Positions 56,563 to 64,000 of a stretch of 64,000 nt of DNA are shown piece by piece. Both the position numbers and the translations under genes were made by a program. The notes under the pieces are model-generated. The model did no database searches and had not been told where the DNA came from. It saw only the letters and a list, made by a program, of their open reading frames with translations. Each line of letters starts with the position of its first letter. Positions within the stretch are counted from its first letter, which is position 1. This DNA is from an uncultured Candidatus Methanogranum sp. Lineage in GTDB: Archaea; Thermoplasmatota; Thermoplasmata; Methanomassiliicoccales; Methanomethylophilaceae. The DNA lies in the NCBI GenBank assembly GCA_963676045.1, contig OY780938.1, forward strand, positions 200,915 to 264,914, written 5' to 3'.

Positions 56563-57858
56563 ATGTCTTACAATGGAACGATGTCCGGTACAAGCTTCTT
56601 CGACGACATGGCCGCATATAACAAGGCCCCCACAGAAACGGGGTTGTGTTCGATATGCAAGGGATCTAGGAGGCTTTGTGGTAAGGACAGATGTCCCCTT
56701 ATGATAAAATTCTATTCTCAGCAGAGGACAATGCCATTGATAAATGTCAAGGACCTCGCAGGATGCAGTCCCCCGGCGGTCTTCGTTGGAAGATACGGGT
56801 ATCCAAAGGTTGACATCGGCCCGCTCCTGCCTCCTGAGTTCGGGGATACCTCCATCATGGACAAACCCGAACTTTGGGTTGGGAAATCGATAGATGAGAT
56901 CGTGGATATGAGGTTCAGACTTGTCCGCGGCAAATACAGGATAGACGCTACCAACTTCAAGGCAGCCGGCAGGATAGTCGACAGCGTTCAGGAACTCGCG
57001 CTAACGGAGAAGCCGGTCGAGATAGAGGCGAATTTCAGACAGAAGCCTAGCGGAAGGGTGATATTGGACGACGAGGTCCAGCCATTCGGACCCTCTGCAC
57101 GCATGGATGACATGAAGATGGGCAATGGAAGATTCGAAAGGAATCTAGAGAAGTCATATTACGACACCGACCTAAATGCCACCGGGGCTGTGATAAATGC
57201 CTACAAGAACGGGACCTTCATCTCCGAGATCCAAAAGGCATTCTCAGTAGGCACAATGGGCGTCGACAAGAGAAGACGGTTCGTCCCCACCAGATGGAGC
57301 ATAACCGCAGTGGACGACATAATCGGGAAGGACCTTCTCAAGACCACGAAATTCTTCGATACGATAGATGATTTCAGGATATACCATTGGGAGCAATTGG
57401 ACAACAGGTGGTGCATACTCATGATGCCAACCACCTGGAGGTACGAGCTGATCGAGGCTTGGTACCCCAACACAACATGGAATCCTACGGGAAAACAGAT
57501 AGACATAATATCCGATTGCGAGTTCTTCGACGGTCGCTCGGAATACGCGCACATAGGCGGCTGTTACTATGCCGCAAGGATGGCGGTCAACGAACTCCTG
57601 ACGAAGGAGAGGAGGACCGCAGGCGTGGTGATAATGAGGGAGGCGCATCCCGGATATGTCATGCCGGTGGGTGTCTGGAATGTCAGGGAGAATGTAAGGG
57701 CCGCATTGGGTCAGACAGTCCCCCACCATTTCGAAGGATTGGACCAGGCCCTCTCTTTCGTGGACGGCGTCATGGACATAAAGCATCGCACATGGATACA
57801 GAATTCCGGGATCTTGAACGATTATCTCACGCAGAGGAGGATCGATGACTATTACTGA
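56563..57858 (+). CDS. nreA: Nre-family archaeal DNA repair protein with C-terminal PIP box
   Basis: N-terminal CSICKGSRRLCGKDRCP cysteine cluster, typical of Nre_N. The last 8 residues, QRRIDDYY (57832-57855), fit the PCNA-interacting consensus Qxx[ILM]xx[FY][FY]. Confidence 0.7.
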   Translation: MSYNGTMSGTSFFDDMAAYNKAPTETGLCSICKGSRRLCGKDRCPLMIKFYSQQRTMPLINVKDLAGCSPPAVFVGRYGYPKVDIGPLLPPEFGDTSIMDKPELWVGKSIDEIVDMRFRLVRGKYRIDATNFKAAGRIVDSVQELALTEKPVEIEANFRQKPSGRVILDDEVQPFGPSARMDDMKMGNGRFERNLEKSYYDTDLNATGAVINAYKNGTFISEIQKAFSVGTMGVDKRRRFVPTRWSITAVDDIIGKDLLKTTKFFDTIDDFRIYHWEQLDNRWCILMMPTTWRYELIEAWYPNTTWNPTGKQIDIISDCEFFDGRSEYAHIGGCYYAARMAVNELLTKERRTAGVVIMREAHPGYVMPVGVWNVRENVRAALGQTVPHHFEGLDQALSFVDGVMDIKHRTWIQNSGILNDYLTQRRIDDYY

Positions 57859-58627
57859 CCTCTCCGAGTACAGCAATGTCGACGAGTGGGACGGACCATA
57901 CAGGATCATCGAATGCAAACGAGCCCTCTCATCATCTGGACTTCCGGGGATAAACTATGCGCTCAATCCTTACGGGGGATGTGAGCATGGCTGCATATAC
58001 TGTTATGCGCCAGAGGTGCTTCATACGAATTGGAGGGATTGGAGGGTCGTCAAGGTCCGCTCCAATATAGTGGAGAGGTTGGCCATGGAATTGCCGCATC
58101 TCTCGGGGACTGTAGGGATAGGGACTGTAACGGACCCGTATCAAGGGGCGGAGAGGAGATTCATGTTGACCAGGCACTGTCTCGAGGAGTTGAAGGGGCA
58201 CGATATCAGGGTACACATACATACGAAATCCGATCTGGTCCTCCGCGACATAGGATTGATCGCGCCAATGAGAGGCGAGATAGGGATAACGATAACAGGA
58301 TTGGATGAAAGGCGTTCGAAGATGACCGAACCGGGTGCACCTATGCCTGCCAAGAGATTGATGGCATTGAAGGAATTGACAGAGGCGGGGATCGACACAT
58401 ATGCATTGATCGGCCCTGTATTGGATCATCTGGAAGGGAATGAGCGTGAATTCGTCGACGCCATCATCGCTACAGGTGTTAAGAGGGCAGTGATCGATTC
58501 TTTGAATCTGAGGCCTCAATTGGGAGACCGCCTCGAGAGGATGAACATACACGGGTCCGACAAGGCGAGGGACAGGATCAGACAGATGCTGCGCGAGTCA
58601 GGACTCGGCGTGGAGAATGTATTCTGA
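57845..58627 (+). CDS. radical SAM protein, SplB/COG1533-like
   Basis: CX3CX2C in GCEHGCIYCYA near the N-terminus. 260 aa. Overlaps nre by 14 nt. Confidence 0.8.
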   Translation: MTITDLSEYSNVDEWDGPYRIIECKRALSSSGLPGINYALNPYGGCEHGCIYCYAPEVLHTNWRDWRVVKVRSNIVERLAMELPHLSGTVGIGTVTDPYQGAERRFMLTRHCLEELKGHDIRVHIHTKSDLVLRDIGLIAPMRGEIGITITGLDERRSKMTEPGAPMPAKRLMALKELTEAGIDTYALIGPVLDHLEGNEREFVDAIIATGVKRAVIDSLNLRPQLGDRLERMNIHGSDKARDRIRQMLRESGLGVENVF

Positions 58628-59245
58628 TCAATTCTTGCTGTAGAGCCTCAGCCACGCTTCAGCCACATACAGCTTGTTGCGCATCATGATGAGCTCCTTC
58701 TTGTCGACGTTCGGAGCATTCCTTCTTTTCAGTATGGACGATGATTCCCATTTCATCTTGAGGACCGACGATAGCTTGTCTATGCTGGAAAGGTAGGCAT
58801 CTGTGAATTCATTGTATGCCATGCATATGGCGCATCCGTTCTCCACCTTGGAGATCGATTCCTTCAGTTCTTCCCAGGTGTTCTTCGTCGCCTCATAGGG
58901 TATGGACCCCACACGATGACAGAACTCATTCGTGTCATTGGCATATTTGGCTCTGCAGTCACGGAATTTATCTCCGTATCTCATGAAGCGGGTCTGCATA
59001 GATTCCTTAATCCTTTGTATATCCGATGCTTCCGTGATCTTCTCGTGATTGAGTTCTTCAACAATGTCGTTCATGGTCTTCTCGACATCGCTGTCCGTAT
59101 CAATCCTGTCGGTGCTCAGAAGCCTTATCCAGACAAGACTGTTCTTGACCTTCAATCCGCAATAGACGCAAAAACCTTCCTTCCATTGCTCCTCTAGTTT
59201 TACTTGCCCGCCGCATTTTGGACATTTATGTACAACTAGTGTCAA
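58628..59245 (-). CDS. zinc-ribbon protein of unknown function (start uncertain)
   Basis: CPKCGG...CVYCG ribbon at the N-terminus and a helical remainder. The listed start at 59485 runs through a hairpin and the upstream gene. TTG 59245 is the first plausible start after the AT-rich promoter-like stretch. Confidence 0.4.
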   Translation of the reverse strand: MTLVVHKCPKCGGQVKLEEQWKEGFCVYCGLKVKNSLVWIRLLSTDRIDTDSDVEKTMNDIVEELNHEKITEASDIQRIKESMQTRFMRYGDKFRDCRAKYANDTNEFCHRVGSIPYEATKNTWEELKESISKVENGCAICMAYNEFTDAYLSSIDKLSSVLKMKWESSSILKRRNAPNVDKKELIMMRNKLYVAEAWLRLYSKN

Positions 59246-59291
59246 GTGATCACTAACATACGTGATTATTTTTTGAAGTATTAATAGTAAT

Positions 59292-59307
59292 GGGGGCAAA
59301 TGCCCCC
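59292..59307 (-). terminator. G5/C5 hairpin downstream of the membrane protein gene
   Basis: gggggca-aa-tgccccc, 40 nt past the stop at 59347. Confidence 0.4.
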
Positions 59308-59346
59308 TGAGTAATAACGAAAACGAATGAGGTCCCTGCTGGAAAA

Positions 59347-59859
59347 TCATCTGTTGTTCTTTTTCATAATCGAATGCATCATCTCGATCGTACCGAATAG
59401 AAGGATGAGTATGGAACCAAGGATCGAGAGCCATATCCCTATGCCTGCATTGTCGAATATCTCGCCTACATATTTCGTGTCCCATACACCGAATATTATG
59501 GTCGTTATCAATATGACCAGACCAAGCACCGGTATCAGGATTTCCAATCTGGTCATTTTATCAGGCAATGCGACCTTGATCGATATAAGCAAAGTTCCGA
59601 CCAGGGACATGAGGAATACCGCGATCGGTATGTATCTCTGCATATCGTCAAGACCGAACTGGCCCACATTGTCCGAGGTTGTAAGGTACCAGCCCGATAT
59701 CCCAAGTACTGCATCGTTGAAACTGATGCTGATCCAAAGGGTGAAAAGACTCACTAGTCCCATGAGGAATCCGGCTATTATGAAAAATTGATTTATGGAG
59801 ATTTTTGGCTCTGTAATCGCTCTCATTTGAACATCAAGGTCGATACCGTCATGATTCAT
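59347..59859 (-). CDS. membrane protein, 4-5 TM
   Basis: 170 aa, strongly hydrophobic. No known motif. Confidence 0.5.
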   Translation of the reverse strand: MNHDGIDLDVQMRAITEPKISINQFFIIAGFLMGLVSLFTLWISISFNDAVLGISGWYLTTSDNVGQFGLDDMQRYIPIAVFLMSLVGTLLISIKVALPDKMTRLEILIPVLGLVILITTIIFGVWDTKYVGEIFDNAGIGIWLSILGSILILLFGTIEMMHSIMKKNNR

Positions 59860-60049
59860 ATTTATCTTTTTTAATATCCATAGGTCGATGTAAGATGAAC
59901 AGTTTTAATACGGTCATAAAAATGTGTGGGTGTCATCGTTTAATGGTATTTTCTAAGGTCTTTACAATGTCATCAAATTATGGTCAATCTAGATAAGTTA
60001 ATATAGAAGAACAAAATTACTGTAACTAATCAATTAGGAGGAAAATCCT

Positions 60050-61681
60050 ATGTACGGAAATTCAAACCAGCCAATTATTGTGCTAAGAGAAGGCACCGAG
60101 AGAACAAAGGACAAGGAGGCTCAGTACAACAATATTGCAGCCGCCAAAGCCGTTGCTGATGCAGTGAGGTCAACGTTAGGACCTAAAGGTATGGACAAGA
60201 TGCTAGTCAACACGATCGGTGATGTAGTCATCACAAATGATGGTGTTACCATTCTGAAAGAGATCGATGTTCAGCACCCCGCAGCCAAGATGGTAGTGGA
60301 GGTCGCAAAGACCCAGGATGCAGAGTGCGGTGACGGTACGACAACTGCCGTAATACTAGCAGGAGAACTTTTGAAACAGTCTGAGGAATTGATCAATTCC
60401 AATGTTCACCCAACAGTGATCACGAACGGATTCAACATGGCAGCTGTCAAGGCAAACGAGATACTCAACAGCATCGCAATAGATGCATCCAAAGACGAGG
60501 TCCTCAAGAAAGTAGCTACAACTTCACTCACCGGTAAATCTGTCGGAGAGGAAGAGGGTAAGCTTTCAGACATAGTCGTAAAGGCTTGCAAGACAGTATC
60601 GGACAATGGAAAGGTAGAGACCAAGAACATACGCATCCAGAAGAAAGTCGGTGGCGTCATCGGTGACACCTACATGATCCAGGGTGTAGTAATCGACAAA
60701 GAGTCCGTCCACTCCCGCATGCCAAAGAAGGTCGAGAAGGCCAAGATCGCTCTGTTCGAGTGCTCGTTAGAGGTCAAGAAGACCGAGTTCGATGCACAGA
60801 TCCAGATAACCGACCCAACAAAGATGGCATCCTTCCTCGCAGAGGAAGAGAGGTCCATGAAGGTCATAGTCGACAATATAAAGAAGACAGGTGCAAACGT
60901 CGTCTTCTGCTCCAAAGGAGTAGATGAGCTCGTTCAGCATTATATGGCAAAGGAAGGCATCCTCGGATACAGGAGATGCAAGCAGAGTGACCTAGAGGCA
61001 GTCTCCAAGGCAACTGGTGCAAACATAGTCGGCGGAGCGATGGAGCTCACAAAGGACGACCTTGGAACAGCAGGATGTGTAGAGGAGAAGCTCGTCGGAG
61101 AGGATGGAATGGCATTCATAACTGGATGTAAGAACCCTAAGGCGATCACCATATTCGTCCGCGGCGGAACAGAGCATGTTCTCGAAGAGGTCGAGAGAGC
61201 CCTCAATGATGCAATCCGCACAGTAGGAGTCACAATCGAGGATGGAAAGGTAGTTGCAGGTGCAGGTGCACCTGAGATAGAGCTCGCACAGAGACTCAGA
61301 GAGTACGCCTCATCCGTAGGTGGAAGGGAACAGCTCGCAATAGAGAAGTTCTCAAAAGCCATGGAGATCATCCCATGGACCCTTGCTGAGAATGCAGGTA
61401 TCGATCCAATCGATAGCATAATCAAGCTCAAGAACGCCCATGACAAGAAGAAGGACGGAAAGTACTACGGTATCGATCTGAACACCGGAGAGGCCGTCGA
61501 TATGTACAAGGCGAACGTCATAGAGCCTTTGAGAGTAAAGACCCAGGCAATCAACTCTGCAAACGAGGTTGCCAACATGATCCTCAGGATCGATGACGTC
61601 ATTGCATCCCGCAGGTCCGCACCCCCACAGGGAGCCGGTGGCGGAATGCCCGGAATGGGCGGAATGCCCGGAATGATGTAA
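60050..61681 (+). CDS. ths: thermosome subunit (group II chaperonin)
   Basis: [18 protein letters not shown] and GDGTTTAV motifs, with a [13 protein letters not shown] tail. AGGAGG lies 8 nt upstream of the ATG. Confidence 0.95.
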   Translation: MYGNSNQPIIVLREGTERTKDKEAQYNNIAAAKAVADAVRSTLGPKGMDKMLVNTIGDVVITNDGVTILKEIDVQHPAAKMVVEVAKTQDAECGDGTTTAVILAGELLKQSEELINSNVHPTVITNGFNMAAVKANEILNSIAIDASKDEVLKKVATTSLTGKSVGEEEGKLSDIVVKACKTVSDNGKVETKNIRIQKKVGGVIGDTYMIQGVVIDKESVHSRMPKKVEKAKIALFECSLEVKKTEFDAQIQITDPTKMASFLAEEERSMKVIVDNIKKTGANVVFCSKGVDELVQHYMAKEGILGYRRCKQSDLEAVSKATGANIVGGAMELTKDDLGTAGCVEEKLVGEDGMAFITGCKNPKAITIFVRGGTEHVLEEVERALNDAIRTVGVTIEDGKVVAGAGAPEIELAQRLREYASSVGGREQLAIEKFSKAMEIIPWTLAENAGIDPIDSIIKLKNAHDKKKDGKYYGIDLNTGEAVDMYKANVIEPLRVKTQAINSANEVANMILRIDDVIASRRSAPPQGAGGGMPGMGGMPGMM

Positions 61682-61695
61682 ATCTTAAACAATCA

Positions 61696-61711
61696 GGGGG
61701 TATACACCCCC
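61696..61711 (+). terminator. G5/C5 hairpin plus T-tract downstream of the thermosome gene
   Basis: gggggt-atac-accccc followed by tataaattttt. Confidence 0.45.
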
Positions 61712-61776
61712 TATAAATTTTTCATATCGATTTTTCTTACACAATATTTTCATACTTGCTATTACGATTGGCCTTC

Positions 61777-62067
61777 ATGGACGCGAGTATCAGCTGTTGC
61801 GGTGTGGATTGTTCCAGGTGCGAGCATCATCTGAAGAGTTGTAACGGTTGTACCGCTCAAAAGGGGCAGGTATTCTGGACAGAGCAGATATCTTTGAAGG
61901 TATGTCCGATATACGGGTGCTGCAGACAGAAGAAGCAGATGGATCATTGTGGACTTTGCAAGCAGATACCTTGTACTATATTCACAGAGATGAAGGACCC
62001 TTCATGGACCGACGAAAAGCATCAGGAAAGTATACGTTCCAGGGTGGATTTTTTAAAACGCATCTAA
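61777..62067 (+). CDS. cysteine-rich DUF3795-like protein
   Basis: CCGVDCSRCEHHLKSCNGC...CPIYGCC...HCGLCKQIPC pattern. Confidence 0.6.
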   Translation: MDASISCCGVDCSRCEHHLKSCNGCTAQKGQVFWTEQISLKVCPIYGCCRQKKQMDHCGLCKQIPCTIFTEMKDPSWTDEKHQESIRSRVDFLKRI

Positions 62068-62164
62068 GCTCTTCGAGTCCAAAGAATCGGACATTCCCTG
62101 TTCAAATCGAGGAATACGAATTTCGATGTAAGGATGTATATATGGATAGACGCATCATTAGACT

Positions 62165-62626
62165 GTGATTTTCAGGTCATCGCTAATTGCTGTTAAGAAT
62201 ATAGATGCATCGAAAAAATTTTATCATGATATCCTGGATCAAGAGGTGGTCGTAGATCTTGGTGCCAATGTAACACTCAGTGGAGGTATCGCATTGCAAC
62301 AGGATTTTGATAGATTACTGGGAATAACTGAGGATTCGATCAAGTATCATGGTAACGATGCGGAATTGTATTTCGAGACCGAGGACATAGATTCTTTTTT
62401 AAAAAAGATAGAATCCTTGGATATCCATCTTGTGCACCCTCCAAAAAGACACGAATGGGGGCAAATGGTCGTTAGATTTTACGACCCAGACGGACACATT
62501 ATTGAGGTGGGGGAGAATATCGTCATAGTTGCAAAGCGTATATTCTCTCAATGTGGTTCAGAAGAAGAAACGGCGATTTTGATGGATTGTCCTCTAGATG
62601 TGATCAAAGTTTGGTTGGATTCATAA
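62165..62626 (+). CDS. VOC/glyoxalase-bleomycin resistance family protein
   Basis: 153 aa. IAVKNIDASKKFYHDIL in the N-terminal beta-alpha-beta module and a second module with RFYDPDGHIIEV. GTG start. Confidence 0.7.
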   Translation: MIFRSSLIAVKNIDASKKFYHDILDQEVVVDLGANVTLSGGIALQQDFDRLLGITEDSIKYHGNDAELYFETEDIDSFLKKIESLDIHLVHPPKRHEWGQMVVRFYDPDGHIIEVGENIVIVAKRIFSQCGSEEETAILMDCPLDVIKVWLDS

Positions 62627-62763
62627 GTTTCTGCAATGGTCAGAAGATTTTTTCATGTCTGATTATGAGGATGTGCATAAAAAATAGATATTGTTCCATC
62701 TGGATTCAAATATGCCTATATTTTTAAACAAGTAGGATGATACGAGAGGTGGATGGGGATCCA

Positions 62764-63534
62764 ATGAGGGCAGCACTCTACGTGAGGGTGTCGACTGAAG
62801 ACCAGGCAAACGAAGGTTTCTCTCTCGACGCTCAGACAAAGAGATTGAAGGCATACTGCAATGTGCGTGGTTGGGAGATAGCTGACACATATCGTGACGA
62901 GGGTTTTTCAGGCCGCAGGGCGGACCGTCCCGAGTATCAGCGCATGATGAGGGAATCCGATAGATGGGATGTCCTTTTGGTCCTCAAGATGGATAGGATA
63001 CACAGGAACAGCGTTAATTTTACGTTGATGATGGACGACCTTCGCAGGAAGGGAAAGGAGTTCAATTCTGTCCAAGAGAAATTTGACACCACGACCGCGA
63101 TGGGCAGATTCGTCATGGATATAATGCAAAGGATCGCTCAATTAGAGAGTGAGCAGATAGGCGAAAGAGTGAAGATAGGCATGACGCGCAAGGCTCAATG
63201 CGGCACAGGCTATCTTGGTTCGGGTCATCCGTTCGGATACGTATACAGCAAAGGCACGTTACTGGTCGTAGAGAATGAGGCCGAGGTTGTAAGGGAGATA
63301 TATTCCATGTATGGTCACGGAATGTCCATGTCATTGATAGCCGATGATCTGAACAATAGGATGGTTCCTGCCAAACGTAGCGGAAGATGGAATAAGCAAT
63401 CCGTATGCAATATACTGCACAATCCGTTGTATACGGGATACATCGAATGGGACGGCATAATCCGTAAAGGCGATCACGAACCGATCCTAGATAAGGATTC
63501 ATTCGAGGCTGTAAACGGTCCATTAAAGGTGTGA
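62764..63534 (+). CDS. serine recombinase (resolvase catalytic domain + recombinase domain, no zinc-ribbon/coiled-coil tail)
   Basis: MRAALYVRVSTEDQ contains the catalytic Ser. YRDEGFSG and LKMDRIHRN follow. The recombinase-domain segment is GYLGSGHPFGY...ILHNPLYTGY. 257 aa. Confidence 0.85.
   Translation: MRAALYVRVSTEDQANEGFSLDAQTKRLKAYCNVRGWEIADTYRDEGFSGRRADRPEYQRMMRESDRWDVLLVLKMDRIHRNSVNFTLMMDDLRRKGKEFNSVQEKFDTTTAMGRFVMDIMQRIAQLESEQIGERVKIGMTRKAQCGTGYLGSGHPFGYVYSKGTLLVVENEAEVVREIYSMYGHGMSMSLIADDLNNRMVPAKRSGRWNKQSVCNILHNPLYTGYIEWDGIIRKGDHEPILDKDSFEAVNGPLKV
62965..63011 (+). repeat. 47-nt block identical to 63737-63783 (copy 1)
   Basis: tgggatgtccttttggtcctcaagatggataggatacacaggaacag occurs in both recombinase genes, whereas the flanking codons differ. 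Confidence 0.85.
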
Positions 63535-63535
63535 G

Positions 63536-64000
63536 ATGAGGGCCGCCATCTATGTCAGGGTATCCACCGAGGAGCAGGCCTTAGAAGGTTATTCTCTGGA
63601 TGCTCAGACAGCTATGCTCAATGATTATTGCGTGTCCGAGGACTGGGAAGTGGCGGACATCTATCGCGATGATGGTTATTCGGGTACGAATGTCAAGCGT
63701 CCCGCTTATCAGAGGATGATGGCAGAATCGGAGAAGTGGGATGTCCTTTTGGTCCTCAAGATGGATAGGATACACAGGAACAGTCGTAATTTCATGAATA
63801 TGATGGATGAGCTCAACAAGAAAGATAAGAAGTTCGTCTCATGCATGGAATCACTCGATACCACAAATGCCCTTGGAAGATTCGTTGTGGACATGATCCA
63901 AAGACTTGCCCAGTTGGAAAGTGAGCAGATAGGTGAAAGGACCTACATGGGCATGAAAGAGAAGGCCGAGACCCTGCAGAACACGCCTGAGGTGAATAAG
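63536..64000 (+). CDS. second serine recombinase, 3' end outside window
   Basis: Not in the ORF track because it runs off the window edge. My own translation from ATG 63536 gives MRAAIYVRVSTEEQALEGYSLDAQ...YRDDGYSG...LKMDRIHRN...RFVVDMIQRLAQLESEQIGER, open to base 64000. Confidence 0.85.
   Translation, partial: MRAAIYVRVSTEEQALEGYSLDAQTAMLNDYCVSEDWEVADIYRDDGYSGTNVKRPAYQRMMAESEKWDVLLVLKMDRIHRNSRNFMNMMDELNKKDKKFVSCMESLDTTNALGRFVVDMIQRLAQLESEQIGERTYMGMKEKAETLQNTPEVNK
63737..63783 (+). repeat. 47-nt block identical to 62965-63011 (copy 2)
   Basis: Same 47-mer, read directly from the sequence. Confidence 0.85.

Larger units (their letters stand above)
62640..64000 (+). mobile_element. probable edge of an integrated element (tandem serine recombinases)
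   Basis: Two adjacent serine recombinase genes start right after housekeeping-type genes. The other boundary and the att sites are not in the window. Confidence 0.4.

Noticed and set aside
59246-59485. N-terminal 80-aa extension of the zinc-ribbon protein, including a possible ATGA coupling at 59347-59350.
   Set aside because: The extension reads through the G5/C5 hairpin and an AT-rich promoter-like stretch, and its peptide is implausible (HRDMALDPWFHTHPSIRYDRDD...). A TTG at 59245 just before the CPKC ribbon is more likely, although the true start remains uncertain.
1-64000. tRNA or rRNA genes.
   Set aside because: All intergenic gaps are at most 320 bp and AT-rich. T-loop-like GTTCGAATC strings occur only inside CDSs (for example 11631 and 22321) and lack acceptor-stem pairing.

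Overview
This is a dense chromosomal window from an archaeon, with about 62 protein genes on both strands and many 1-14 nt start/stop overlaps. I found no rRNA, tRNA or CRISPR array. The archaeal assignment rests on a thermosome, archaeal-type DnaG, a LonB-type AAA+ ATPase, Hjc, Trm1, FBP aldolase/phosphatase, archaeal TIM and AspRS, an Nre protein, and TATA boxes 21-31 nt upstream of start codons. A coenzyme M operon (cysteate synthase, fused ComDE, DUF39-ferredoxin) marks it as a methanogen. No gene ends in TAG, which fits a pyrrolysine-using, Methanomassiliicoccales-like lineage; that lineage call is inference. Housekeeping genes include purA, nadA, trkAH, hisD, aspS, tpiA, fbp, cobQ and ppk1-ppx. 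The window is also unusually rich in DNA-end-processing genes, many of them bacterial-type. The most interesting items are: (1) a translationally coupled ABC-ATPase + DUF4435/Toprim pair resembling the bacterial PARIS (AriA/AriB) defence module; (2) an Mre11-like nuclease coupled to a Rad50/SMC-like ATPase that has a two-helix membrane hairpin where a zinc hook would sit; (3) an AddB-like/AddA-like helicase-nuclease pair; (4) an eight-gene overlapping operon joining CoM enzymes to uncharacterised NTPase, Fe-S and ApbE-like genes; (5) a DnaG with a ~245-aa charged insertion containing a 108+96 bp tandem duplication; (6) a LonB-type ATPase lacking both the membrane anchor and the protease domain; (7) two tandem serine recombinase genes at the 3' edge that share a 47-nt identical block, probably the edge of an integrated element. 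All functional calls come from motif reading by eye. No database search was run.
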